NCBI GenBank assembly: GCA_026025795.1
Contig: JAPEUG010000036.1
Coordinates: forward strand, 1 to 64,000
Direction of reading: 5' to 3'
DNA length: 64,000 nt
Source: Thelocarpon superellum
Taxonomy: Eukaryota
Shown here: positions 9,630-22,000 of the stretch, piece by piece
Position numbering within the stretch: position 1 is the first letter of the stretch
How the letters are laid out: every line of letters starts with the position of its first letter
The notes under the pieces: generated by a model
The model's input: the letters and a program-made list of their open reading frames with translations, nothing else
Database searches by the model: none
What the model was told of the DNA's origin: nothing
Program-made: the position numbers and the translations under genes

Positions 9630-11961
9630 CTATTGCGTCTTCTTCCCTTCGCTGGAAGTCACCGTCCGGATGATGTCCGTGCCAATCGTGGCCGTCTCTT
9701 GCCAGTACTTCTGCCGCAGCCAAAACCGGTCTTCGGGCCGCGAGTCGCGCAGCGAGCTCTGCCGCGCGTCTTCCTCCAAGGTGGCTCGGTTGATCTTCTC
9801 GGCTGTGTTGCCTGACGACGCCCGCCCCGCGTCGACCTCGCCAAGGGTGTCCACAAGGTAACGCTTGCGCACCATGAAGCGCTCACCACGCTCCTTTTGC
9901 AAGCCCGGCGAGTCGACCTTGGACAAGACCCCACGGACCATCCCGCCCACGACCAGATAGATGTGCTCCGAGAAGAAGATGGACAGCAAGAGACCGCCCA
10001 TGCTCATGTTCAACGAGCCGTCCTCCCGCGTCAAGCTGTCGCCGCTGTAGAGATGCACGAGCGCGGCCGTCGTGAGACTGCCGAGCCAGGTAAGGAAGCC
10101 AAGGCTGTCGAGCCAGGGTCCGATGGAATCGGCCCGCCACGGAATGGGCCGTTGCATCTCGACGCAGATCTTGATCGCGTCCGATCGCAGCTCGACCCAG
10201 TTGTTGACGATAAAGGCAAGGGCCGTCAAGGGCCAGACGACGGCAAACAGGGAGAGATGGCCATACTGTAGGCCTACGTCAGACGTGATCCTAACGAATT
10301 CGGACAGCACCTCGCGACGCTTACCTGAATGCACATCTCGCGCAGATCGACCGTCACATCGTATTCCTCCAACTCGGCCTCCTTCCGCACCCGGTCTAAG
10401 AAGGGAGCCTCCTCCGCCGTATCGTCTTTGGCGACGTCCGTGCCACCGGCGCGCTTCGACTGGAGCTCCTTGGCCTTGCGGAAGCCCTCGCGCGTGACGT
10501 ACGGCACGACCACCTCGAAAACGAGGTTCACGATCTGCGCGGTGATGGCCGAATAGATGACTTGCTGCTTCAAGCGCGACCGGTTGACGGTGAAGGCCGT
10601 GACGCCCTTCTCGCTCGTCCGTTGCGCCGTCACGTTGAAGACGTCCAGATACGGCACGATGACGTCGCCAAAGGGAATGTAGACAAAGGCCGTGAGAAGG
10701 ATGGGAAGATAGCTCGTGATGAAGTTCAGCACGAAGAGCTTCTGCGTCAGAGCCGCCTCGTACTCGTCCGTGTTCTGGTAGTTCTCCAGGTCATTGAGCC
10801 GCGTGGCGAACTTGGTCAAGACGCCTGTCAGCAGCGGCACGAAGACAGTCAGGATTCCGGTGGGCAGGAAATTCAGTAGCGACTTTCCCGGCCCGTCGTA
10901 GAATTCCGAGATGAAGATCTCAATGGCGAAGCAGGCGGCGATCAAGCTCCCCAGCACGAGACTCGCGATGATGGCAAAGGGGATCTGCAGGAGCTGCCAG
11001 GCGAAGCGTTTGCGGGCCGGATACACCAACACCGTCTCGCCGGTGACAGGATCTGTCTGCTCCCGCTCCGGGTGGAACTCCCGGCGTGGGATCTGGATGG
11101 ACGACACCCCCCGCACCCCCCATCGCACGGCCAGGTCGGTCTCCTGAAACTTCCAATACTCGACGAACACGACACACCACAGGCCGTGGAGCACGGCGTA
11201 GATGGGGGAAAAGCTGCCGAGGAAGAAGTAGGCCAGGATGCCCAAGGCCGCAGGGATACTCTGGAAGACGACGTAGGATTGAAGGAAGGCGAAGTAAAAG
11301 GCCACCTTCTCGCCCAGACGATTGCGGATCTGATCCAGGTCGGCCATGGTAAGATAATATTTCATGCTCCACGCCTTGATCCACTCGCCGTTGTGCTGAT
11401 GGTCGTGCAGGGGAAAGACGGACTGCACCGCCGCCCATTCGCCCTGTTTCGGGGTGATGCCCGCGCCCCCGTCCGATTGAGGATTGGTGATCATCTGGTA
11501 GATGATGCGGAGTCGTTCGGCTTCCGTCAAGGGCTCCGACGAGAGCGATCGCTTCGATTCTTGGTCGGGGGCCTCTTGACGAACGCCATATAGCCAGTCT
11601 TTCACCCTGCAATCGAGAGTCAGGCGCTGGTCAATGCCGCTCCACCGCTCGCGAGACAATACCTGGATCGATAGACCTCGGTGTACAGGTACTCATTGGA
11701 GGCTACCTTCAAGAAGAGCAGGATTGAATTGCCCTCTCCCGCCCGCACTTCCGTCGTGAAGCCCTTCCCCGCGAGCGTGTGGACGAGCCTTTGGAAGCCG
11801 GCCTCGGCCTTGGCCTGGTCTGCGGGGTTTCAGCACATGGGGACCAAGCAGCAGCAAGGTGCACGCAGCGGCGGCGTGAACTTACCGGTCTCCGTAAAGC
11901 AGTACGAGATGACATAGTCCACGTCAAAGTTATGGTTCGATTCCGGTTGTGCGGGCGCCAT
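9630..11961 (-). CDS. IST2: Anoctamin/TMEM16 family protein Ist2 (4 exons)
   Basis: LTEAERLRII, VFPLHD, IRNRLGEKVAFYFAFL, YDVTVDLREMCIQ|YGHLSLF, NNWVELRSDAIK, RADSIGPWLD; multiple hydrophobic segments. Confidence 0.92.
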
Positions 11962-12220
11962 CTTGTCGCCTTCGGCGGGTTGACCTTGCGGGAGAAAGCT
12001 CGGTCAAAGACGGCTTTGTGAAGGACGCGACCGGGTTCAGTGAAGGGTAGGTTCCTTGAAAACACCTTCAAGCGGCTGGTCTACTCTTTATCCTCCATGG
12101 CTGCACCTTAAACCTGGTTTCCCTAGATGAGAGCGTGGATGCGTGCCAGCTTGTCTGATGCGGGCGCTGGCGCCTCCTTCAACCCTTGGCGTCACTGGTG
12201 CCGTCATTGCTTGGTGCGGG

Positions 12221-12257
12221 CCAATCATCGGCCACGAGAGCCAGGGCGGCTGATTGG
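12221..12257. promoter_or_regulatory. Inverted pair of CCAAT boxes in the IST2/metallophosphoesterase divergent promoter
   Basis: CCAATCA at 12221-12227 and TGATTGG at 12251-12257, midway between two head-to-head ATGs. Confidence 0.35.
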
Positions 12258-12459
12258 TGCGAGACGGCGATCTGACGAGCCCGAAAGCTCGACTATCAGT
12301 CGAGCTTCGAGCTGAAACAGAACGTACTTCGTACTGTAGGTGCCAGTCCAATACAATCTCCAAGACCTCATACCCTGAGATTCATTCAATTGCTGTCGGA
12401 ATCCGTAGGGCGAGCGGACTATAGAGTGTCGGGGGCACAGCCGAAACAAGGCGGGCACG

Positions 12460-13422
12460 ATGCCTCTTCTCTATCCACCCCCACGCACCGTATTCGATCC
12501 ACCAACGACTCTCGACCATTTTCTCGCCTCACCGCTGCAATTCCTCGTCCGCCATTTGTACTCGCTCGGTCTTCGTCTTCGAACTCCCGCATACCAGGCC
12601 CCACCGCATCGGAAACCGATCCGGGTGGTGTGCATCTCGGACACGCACTGCTGGACCCCATCCATCCCGACCGGCGACCTGCTCATCCACGCTGGTGACC
12701 TCACCGATGCCGGGACGGTGCAAGAACTCCAGGCGCAGGTCGACTGGCTGAAGAGCTTACCACATCCTCATAAGATCGTCATCGCAGGCAACCACGATAG
12801 CTTTTTGGACGTGCGCTCACGTAAAAGCGAGGATGTGGATCGATCCGTGGACTGGGGAACGATTCACTACCTGGAACGAACCTCCGTAGAGCTTACCTTT
12901 CCGAGTCATAGGGGGCGGACGCTGAAGCTCTACGGCGCACCGCAGATTCCTGCCTGTGGCGGCGCTGACTTTGCCTTTCAGTACGAGCGAGAGGAGGACC
13001 AATGGACCGGCACCATCCCACGGGACACGGATATTTTGATCACGCACGCTCCTCCCAAGTACCATCTGGACCTGCCTGTGTCAATGGGCTGTCGTTTCCT
13101 GTTGGACGAAGTGTGGCGCGTGAGGCCGACGTTGCATGTGTTTGGCCATATCCACTCTGGACATGGGAAGCAGACCGTCTTCTGGGATGAGGGTCAGAGG
13201 GCATACGAACGCGTCTGCGCACGACGCCCACGAGGATTCTGGGATGTAACGAGCATCGCCATGTGGCTGGATATCCTGCGCCTTCTCACCTACAGCGTCC
13301 TCGGCGTACTGTGGCGTCGGGTGTGGGGTGGGGTGACAAGCGGTGGGTGGATAATTAATGCTGCCTTAATGTATCAGTCCACGGGACGACTAGGCAATCC
13401 AGTCGAGGTCGTAGACATTTGA
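12460..13422 (+). CDS. Calcineurin-like metallophosphoesterase (MPPED1/2-like)
   Basis: Motifs CISDTH, HAGDLT, IAGNHD, ITHAPP, VFGHIHSG. Confidence 0.92.
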   Translation: MPLLYPPPRTVFDPPTTLDHFLASPLQFLVRHLYSLGLRLRTPAYQAPPHRKPIRVVCISDTHCWTPSIPTGDLLIHAGDLTDAGTVQELQAQVDWLKSLPHPHKIVIAGNHDSFLDVRSRKSEDVDRSVDWGTIHYLERTSVELTFPSHRGRTLKLYGAPQIPACGGADFAFQYEREEDQWTGTIPRDTDILITHAPPKYHLDLPVSMGCRFLLDEVWRVRPTLHVFGHIHSGHGKQTVFWDEGQRAYERVCARRPRGFWDVTSIAMWLDILRLLTYSVLGVLWRRVWGGVTSGGWIINAALMYQSTGRLGNPVEVVDI

Positions 13423-13512
13423 GATGGTGGTGCGGTGGAATGGTGATGCTAGTCCAAATGGAGGACATGACCTCTATCCACGCCAAATGCAATCACACCA
13501 ACAGCGTTCGAT

Positions 13513-15327
13513 TCACAATTTGGCCCGCTCTTGGGGCGAGACCAGCGGATCATAGATCCCGATGCCCAGAGTGTCCGTCGGCGTCGTGCCCGAGTGGATG
13601 CTCAGGCCGCGCGTGTCAACCAAGGTCGGATTCAGCTGGCCGATGGACGAGCACCCGATAAGCCGCATGTTCATCTCCATCTCGTCCTTGAGCAGCTGCA
13701 TGGCGCGGTCCACCCCAGGCTGCCCATAGGCACTCATGGCGAAGAGGAAGGGCCGGCCGACGCCGACGCCTTTGGCGCCCAGACAGAGGGCCTTGATGAT
13801 GTCCGTGGCGCGACGGACCCCGCCATCGACAAAGATCTCGATCCGGTCCTCCCAACCCCGCTCGCGGAGGACGGGCATTACCTCGGACAACACTTCGATC
13901 CCGGACCGGGCAAAGTCCAGCTGACGCCCACCGTGGTTCGAGAGGACCACGCCGTGCACGCCACACTCGATGGCGCGGATCACATCCTCGACGCGCTGCA
14001 CGCCCTTGAGGACGATGGGCATCTTGGTGATGCTCAGGAACCAGGGGAGATCCTTCCAGCTGAGCGAGGGGTCGATGAAGGACGAGATGGCCCGTGCCGC
14101 GCCCTACGACGCATCAGCACTCCATGCACAAACCACGACCGCCGGATGAGGTGAAACGTACCTGTGATCGATCGACGTTATCGCCGCCGGTCGACTGTAC
14201 GTTGGAGCCGACGTCGGAGAATTTGCTCCGCATATCCTTCTCCCGTCGGCCCAGTTGAGGCTAGATGGACCCAGGCGTCAGCGAGCGAGGGACGGCAGGC
14301 TTCCCGGCACCTACCGCATCGACCGTGACGAAGAGCCCCTTGCAGCCGCGTGCCTCGGCATGTTGCACAATCTTCTTGGTGATGGCTCGATCTTTGTTCA
14401 CCTGGGTTGGAGTCAGCAAAGCCTTGTGGAGGGTCCTAAGGCAGGAGACAGACGTAGAGCTGAAGCCATTGGACCTGATCGCCTTGCCGTGCGTCGACGA
14501 TCTCGTCAAAGGAGCAGCTGGCTAGGGTGGGAATCATCTGGATGACGTTGTGTTGCTTCGCCGCCCGAGTGAGGATGACCTCGCCTTCCGGGTTGCCCAG
14601 TTTTCCAAGCGCCGTCTACGGCGGATCAGTGACACGACGACGAAGGCCACGGGAGGCCTACGTACCGCGGTTACGTAGAACGGTGCATCGACCTTGGTGC
14701 CCAGCATGGTGGTCGTAAAGTCCACCTTCTCCACGTCGACCAGCACGCGTGGGCGGAACCAAATCTTGTGGTAGGCCGAGTGGTTCTCGCGCATCGTCTG
14801 CCGTTTCCCCGTCAGCACGCTCCCGACCGAATTAATACCCCCGGACACCTACAATCTCGTCATCAGCGCCGCTGGAGTAGTAGGCCCAGGCCGTCTTCTT
14901 CATCACCCGGCGCGCAACGGCTTCAAAGTCCATCAGGTTGTAGCATTGCTCCAAGATGGGCATGCGCTGGATGCGGTCCTGTCGTGCGGCTTCATCGGGG
15001 TCGACCTCCTTTTCCTCCCCCTGGACCGTGGCCATGTCCACCTCGCCGAGGTGGCGAGATTGGTCCAGATATTTGTCGAGCGTATCCGGGGGATGGATCG
15101 GCTCGAATTCATCCGTCGCATCTTTGCCGGCATACTTTAGAATTATTTTGGGTCCGCCGGGATGCTCTGTGCCTCACGTTAGGATCCAGTGGCGAAACGG
15201 AGGCCAGGCGAGGAGTCGCGTTACCCGGGAGGAACTCCGTCACATCATACGCCTTCCCGTGCACAATCACCCAGCACGACTGGCGCGAGTCATGCTTACT
15301 GACCTCTTCCCCGGTGAGTTTGGGCAT
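13513..15327 (-). CDS. CYB2: Flavocytochrome b2 (L-lactate dehydrogenase family; cytochrome b5 + FMN_dh), 7 exons, C-terminal AKL
   Basis: [22 protein letters not shown] heme motif, [37 protein letters not shown]; 6 introns. Confidence 0.93.
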
Positions 15328-15819
15328 GTTGAGTCCAGTAATGGCTGGACGGTGTCAGGCGACCGCGATGTCACCACAGTCGTACCGAAGATACGGAGGC
15401 TTCGAGACGCAGGAGAGTTGAGGGGGCGGCGGGTCCATACGCGGCTGAAGGACTAGGGAGCCATGGCGGGCACGAGACGAAGGTAGATCGCAATCATGGA
15501 AATCGAGGATGCTGCTGCTGGAGCTGGCAGCAGCGGGGTGAAAATGCACTATGGACCAAGGCCTAGAGGAAAGAGAGAGACGTTGATCCATCAAGCAATG
15601 ACCGCATTGGTGCATGGGCGCGTCGGTCCAGTGGAAACCCGGGCCTCTGCCCCGCACGTCCGGGCCCTCCAGGCGGCTCCGGCCCGATTAGCCCGTCAGC
15701 ACCCACCGAATAAGCCTCCGCCTACCATCCGATCGATCCACCGCCACCGCTGCTAGCTCCCACGCTGCCCGTAAACATGGGTGCCGTTCTACAAAGCATG
15801 AGGCGTCCGAGAGGGAGAG

Positions 15820-15892
15820 GGATGGATGGATGGATGGAAGGATGGATGGATGGATGGATGGATGGATGGATGGATGGATGAATGAATGAATG
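15820..15892 (+). repeat. Compound microsatellite (GGAT)n(GAAT)n
   Basis: Directly visible tetranucleotide run in the CYB2/Rab intergenic region. Confidence 0.95.
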
Positions 15893-16629
15893 AGTGAGCA
15901 TAAGGTATAGACCAGGTAGAGCCGAGAGAAATGCCTCTCGCTGCCAATGGTCATGCCCCCGGGCTTTGGGGTACTACGGCTCGCCCGATACACAGTCCAT
16001 GACCCAAAATCACCGTCTGCCACGAGGACCTTGGGTGCAGATCGTCGATGGACGCAAGTCGCAGACGTGCATCTTCGATCCTTTCGAACGATGCATGATA
16101 GACGACCAATCGATCGTCCTTAAAGGTCGCCTGTCCCAAGATAGGCTGACGGCGTCGTGGGCTGATGCCGACCGTGGTCTGACGGTGATTTAGAAATGGT
16201 GGTCGCTGCTTACCTGTGGTTGGGGTGGGAAAGTCAAATGTCACGCGACAAGGATCAAGCGTCAGGCCCGGGGCCGCAGATTGCGTGCATGAAACGGGAT
16301 CATGATTGACGGGCACATGTCACTCAGCGGGCATGCGATCAATACGACACCACGACATCAGCACGCTGGAGTCAGTGGCCTCGTCGCACGCATGAGTGTG
16401 TCGCCTGGTTCACTCGCCAGTTGCACGCTTCCCTGCACCCACTGTCATGTCAGGCAACCGTGGGCGGCCGTGTGTCTGAGCCCCAGCGCTCGATGGGCCC
16501 GCTGCTGGCACTGCCTTTGAGTTGAGTCACGCCCTAATCTTGACGATTCCTTCGTGGCCTCCCTGTCACCGTCGCAACGCTTCTTTGTCTCCGCGCACCT
16601 GGCAGGTGAGATCCAGGTCCAGAGCCAGC

Positions 16630-17589
16630 ATGAGCAGCCTGGAAGCCAAGATCGTGGTGCTCGGCTCTCAGGGTAGGTGACGCGCCTCGTGTCTCCCCGC
16701 CCGAAGGTGCTGAACCAGGCTGACGACGCTCGCGGCAGGCGTGGGGAAGACTTCCCTCGTGCTTCGCTACGCCAAGAACGCTTTCCAACCGGCCTCGACC
16801 CCCTCCACCGTCGGCGCCTCGTTTGTCACCAAGCGTGTGCTGGACGATGACAGTAACACGACGGTGCGCCTACAGATCTGGGACACGGCGGGGCAGGAAC
16901 GCTTTCGATCCATGTCGAAGCTATACTACCGCGGGGCCAACGCCGGCCTGCTGTGCTATGACATCACGGACGAGCGTAGCTTTGAGGAGATGGGTACCTG
17001 GCTGCTCGAGCTCAAGGAGAACCTGGGCGACGACGTGATCCTGCATGTGGTCGGCACGAAGAGCGACCTGGTGCAGGATGACCCGAGCCTGCGCAAGGTA
17101 CCCTTTGAGCGGTGCATCGCCTACGTCTCGGAGCATCTCTATCCCGCCCCGGCCCCGGCCCCGGCCCCGGCCTCCGCCCCCGCTCCCGCTCCCGTGGCCC
17201 CGGGTGCCGCGCGCAACGGGGCGCAGAGCCCGAGCTCGAAACGGAGCAGTGGTTTCTGGGGGCAGGATATCGGGTGGGACGTCTGCCACGAGATCTCGGC
17301 CAAGGATGGCGAGGGGATCGAAGAGGTCTTTCGCGTCATCACCCGCAAGCTCGTCGAACAGAAGCAGAAGCGGGCGGATCAGGAAGCCGGCACGTCCGCC
17401 CCGCCGACCGGCCATGACCGACGGCCCAATCCCTTCGATGGCGCTCCGCCCGATGGGGGCGGTAGCTTTCGCGTTGGGCGGGACCGACGCAGCTGGATGG
17501 GCTTTCCCCCAGGCGTCGTTGTGGGTGAAACCCTCGACGAGAGTGCGGGCGAGGGGCCGGTGCCGCGCAAGCGGGGCAAGTGTTGTTGA
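16630..17589 (+). CDS. Rab family GTPase, Rab24-like (2 exons)
   Basis: MSSLEAKIVVLGSQ|GVGKTS, STVGASF, WDTAGQERF, GTKSDL, EISAK; C-terminal CC prenylation motif. Confidence 0.9.
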
Positions 17590-17822
17590 GGTCGAGCCCC
17601 ATCCGCACGGCGAGTCTCATTTCATCGCGCGCAGCATTAGCAGGCGTTATCCGCGTCTCCTCGATCTTTCGCCGGTGCGCATCCCTTGACGCGCATGGCG
17701 GCCTATCATGTCCATTGTCTCCCCATAGACGGCCGCGTCAGGTTTCACGAGGATCACTAGGAGTTATGTAGATGCTACATACAAAGTCGACCCAAGAAAT
17801 GACGCCCGATGCCACGCGCAAT

Positions 17823-18610
17823 TTACATGACGACACAGCAGGAGTTCTGCTTCTTCGCCTAGGCAGTGCACCTGCGTTAGCCGGCTCCAGGTGGCGACCG
17901 AGAGCGGTGTGCCTCCGTACCTGCGTATAGAACATCTTGCTCTGGGCGCTTAGCCCGTCGCTCTTCTGGACCAGGGTATCAATCTTCTCGCCTCGTTCCA
18001 GCACGCTCTCGATGGTCTTGTGCAGGACGATCTTGGTCTCGTCGAGCTCCTTCTGAATCTTCATGATGCTATCGGCCTGCTGCGGATCTTGGTACTTGAC
18101 GATGTATTCCTTCAGCGCCGGGAAGGCGAGCGTCGGGGTCGAGGCGGCGAAGGCGGTGCGTGGGTACATGGACAGAAACTCGTCCACCACCTTGGAGAGC
18201 AGTTGATGTGCTACGAGAGCCGGGTAGTCGTGGTCGGAGATGATGATCCCCGCCACACCTTCGGTGCGCGCATAGGCATGGAAGGTGTATGATTTCTCCT
18301 CGATGTCCTGCCGTTGACCCGGCTTGGTCCGCTCCGCCACGGTCTTGCTGAAGACCGACATAAACTCGCCATAGCTGTGGCGGGCGTACGGATGAGCGAC
18401 CAGGGACAAAGAGGACGACCACGACGGCCCGGTCGTGAACCTACCTGTCTCGGGTGAAGCGCGAGTAGCTGCTGAGGTCCTTCTCCGAGCACAGCTCGTG
18501 CGCCGGCCGGTCTTCGTTCTTGATGATCTGGTGATCGCGCATCAGCATGGATGAGGGAGAAATCGCGGGCAAATGACGGAAGCACCTACACCGATGTAGT
18601 AGATCTTCAT
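17823..18610 (-). CDS. YKT6: Longin R-SNARE Ykt6 (4 exons)
   Basis: MKIYYIG|..., KIQKELDETKIVLHKTIESVLERGEKID, last exon AKKQNSCCVVM* (CCaaX). Confidence 0.96.
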
Positions 18611-19053
18611 GCTTGCAACGACCTATGTGCCGGGAGATGGTGTTGGGGGATGCGAACCGGTGGTGAAGGAGGGCGCGAACCGGTGGTGAAGGAGGGCTGC
18701 CTGTTCGATAACGACAGGAGATCGAGGTGGATGTCTAGAGTTATGTCATCCTGGATGCCCTCGTGCCGCAGGGGCGCTCCGGCCCCGCCCCGTCCGCCTA
18801 ATGCCGAACCCAGAGTCCGGGCGGTCCCCCTGATCGTTTCAGGCACCTCCGATTCGTCGGAGTCCCCCCCTCCCGGGGATTGGACGAGGAGATCCCCCGT
18901 CGGAAGATACCGTCGATAAGCGAATCTCTTCGACTGGCCAACGATTGTGCGAAGCGTATCGCCTTCATCGACGTTGATTTCAGAAAAAATTCAGCTTCTT
19001 CACCATGTGTTCGTCCACATCATACCCGACTGTGACGACGTGAGAACAGCATC

Positions 19054-22000
19054 ATGTCGCCCTCAGTGCTTGCGGACGCGGAATCGCAATGGCTGGCTCA
19101 GCTCACCGCCATGAGAGAGGCGCTGGCGGAGCTCAAAGTACCACTAACACCACAGAATGGTGAGCTGCACGTATATGGCCAGGATATCCCTTTGGACGAG
19201 GACGATGTGTCCGGGTCCAGCAGCGCCGACGATCTCTGGGATTATGTCACCAATGAGAACGACCTCGTCGATGACCATCGTCCGGACCATCGTGGAGATC
19301 CTTCGCAGCCCACAGGTGGGATGTCGGACCACTACGGCCCCCAATGGCTGGCCACCACATGCGAGGGTTTTGCTCGGCGACATCCAGGCATCAGCTCCAA
19401 AGACTTGCAGGAGCAGCTGCTCGCCATCCTCATGAATGATGCTGACGAAAACGAGCTCCAAGCCACGCTGACCGATATGCTCGGCTTCGACGACCTGGAT
19501 CTGGCCATCGAGCTGATCGCACATCGACGGGAGGTTACGGCCCCGGCCCTTCCACCTACTTCTCTACCAGAGGAGGCTCTCAGCCGCCTGCAGACAAAAG
19601 CTCAGCGGGACGAGGCCCTCCGACGACAAGACTACCAGCACAAGCATGGAGTCCTAGGCCCGCACTTCGCCCGCGACGGTCCCCAGTATCCCCATGTCTA
19701 TAAGACGCACAGCACCGGCAACACATTAAGTGCGGGAGGGATGAAATACGCCTTGCCGCTGGGGAGTGAGCGGACGGAGCATGACAAGTACGAGGAGTAC
19801 TCCATCCCCGCCGCCAAAGTCGGCATCTTGGCTGCCGACCAACGGCTGGTGTCGATTGCGGAGTTGGACGGACTCTGTCGGCGGACCTTTCGAGGATATA
19901 AAAGCCTGAATCGCATGCAGAGCTTAGTATATCCAGTTGCGTATCAGACGAATGAGAACATGCTCATCTGTGCACCTACCGGTGCCGGCAAAACGGACGC
20001 CGCCATGTTGACCATCCTCCACGCCATCGCCAGGAACATGCAGACGACCGGCACCGAGGATGCCGGCGATGCTGAATATGCCGTGCAGGCCGAGGACTTC
20101 AAGATCGTTTACGTTGCTCCGATGAAGGCCCTTGCGGCCGAGATCACGGAGAAGTTGGGCAAGCGCCTGGCATGGCTCGGCATCCGGGTGCGGGAGTTCA
20201 CGGGGGACATGCATCTTACCAAGTCCGAGATCGTGCAAACCCAGATTATCGTCACGACCCCTGAGAAATGGGATGTCGTTACCCGGAAGAGCACGGGGGA
20301 TACCGAGCTGGTGCAAAAGGTTCAGCTGCTCATCATCGACGAGGTGCACATGCTCCATGATGAGCGAGGGGCCGTCATCGAGTCACTCGTCGCCCGCACC
20401 CAGCGCCAGGTGGAGAGCACGCAATCCCTCATCCGCATTGTCGGTCTCTCCGCCACTCTTCCCAACTACGTGGATGTGGCGGATTTCCTGAAAGTCAACC
20501 GGATGGCCGGTCTGTTCTACTTTGACGCTTCCTTCCGACCCGTCCCGCTCGAGCAACACTTCATCGGTGTCAAGGGGAAGCCAGGCAGTAAGGCATCGCG
20601 CGAGAATCTCGAGAAGACGGCGTTTGAGAAGGTCAAAGAGATGTTGCGGCACGGCCATCAGGTCATGGTCTTTGTGCACTCGCGCAAGGAGACGGTCAGT
20701 ACGGCCCGTCGCCTCTACGAGATGGCCGTCGAGGATCAGTGCGAGGACCTCTTCAGCCCGAGCGAACACCCGGCCTACGATGCGGCCGTACGGGAGATGA
20801 AGACCTCCCGCGCTCGCGAGATCCGCGAGCTGCTGCCCAAGGGGCTGGGTACCCATCACGCCGGCATGGCCCGCTCCGATCGGAACATGATCGAGCGGTT
20901 GTTTGGGTCGGGGGTACTCAAGGTTCTCTGCTGCACGGCGACGCTTGCGTGGGGGGTCAACCTGCCGGCCGCGGCTGTCGTCATCAAGGGCACTCAGCTG
21001 TACAGTGCGCAGGAAGGCAAGTTCGTGGATCTCGGCATCCTTGACGTCTTGCAGATCTTTGGTCGTGCTGGTCGTCCTCAGTTCCAGGATACCGGGATCG
21101 GGTTCATCTGCACCACGCACGATAAGTTGCAGCATTACCTCTCCGCCGTCACGCAACAGCAACCGATCGAGTCCAAATTCTCGGCCAAGCTCGTCGACAA
21201 CCTCAATGCCGAGATCGCCCTGGGCACTGTCACCTCAGTGGCAGAGGCCGTGCAGTGGGTGGGCTACTCCTACCTCTTTGTGCGGATGCAACGGAACCCG
21301 CTCACCTACGGTATCGACTGGGCCGAGATCCGGGATGACCCGCACCTGGTGCAGAGACGACGGGATCTGGTCATCAAAGCGGCCCGCACCTTGCAACAGA
21401 GCCAGATGATCATCTTCAACGAAACGACCGAGGAGATGCGCAGCAAAGACGTCGGCCGCATCGCTAGCCAATATTACGTCTTACAGACCAGTGTGGAGAT
21501 CTTCAACACCATGATGCGGCCGCTCGCGAGCGAGGCCGACGTCCTCCGGATGATCAGCATGAGTGGCGAATTTGACAATATCCAGTCGCGAGACAGCGAA
21601 TCCCAAGAGCTGTTACGCTTGAAGGAGGAATCCATATGCTGCGAGGTCAAAGGAGGAATCGACGTGGCCCATGTCAAAACCAACATTCTCCTCCAGTCCT
21701 ACATCTCTCGGGCCCGCTTGGAGGATTTTGCGCTCGTATCGGATACGAATTATGTCGCCCAGAATGCGTCACGCATCTGCCGGGCACTGTTCATGATCGC
21801 CTTGAACCGACGATGGGGTCATCAGTGCCTCGTGCTGCTCTCGCTTTGCAAATCGATCGAGCGCCAGATCTGGCCCTTTCAGCATCCGCTGCACCAATTC
21901 GATCTACCGCGACCCGTCCTGCAGCACCTCGACGAGAAGTCGACGGGCTCGTCGATCGAAGCGTTGCGAGAGATGCAGCCGGCAGAGATTGGGTCGTTGG

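Noticed and set aside
11934..11945. GGTTCGATTCC resembling a tRNA T-loop/B-box
   Set aside because: The flanks do not form a T-stem or cloverleaf, and it lies antisense within IST2 coding exon 1.
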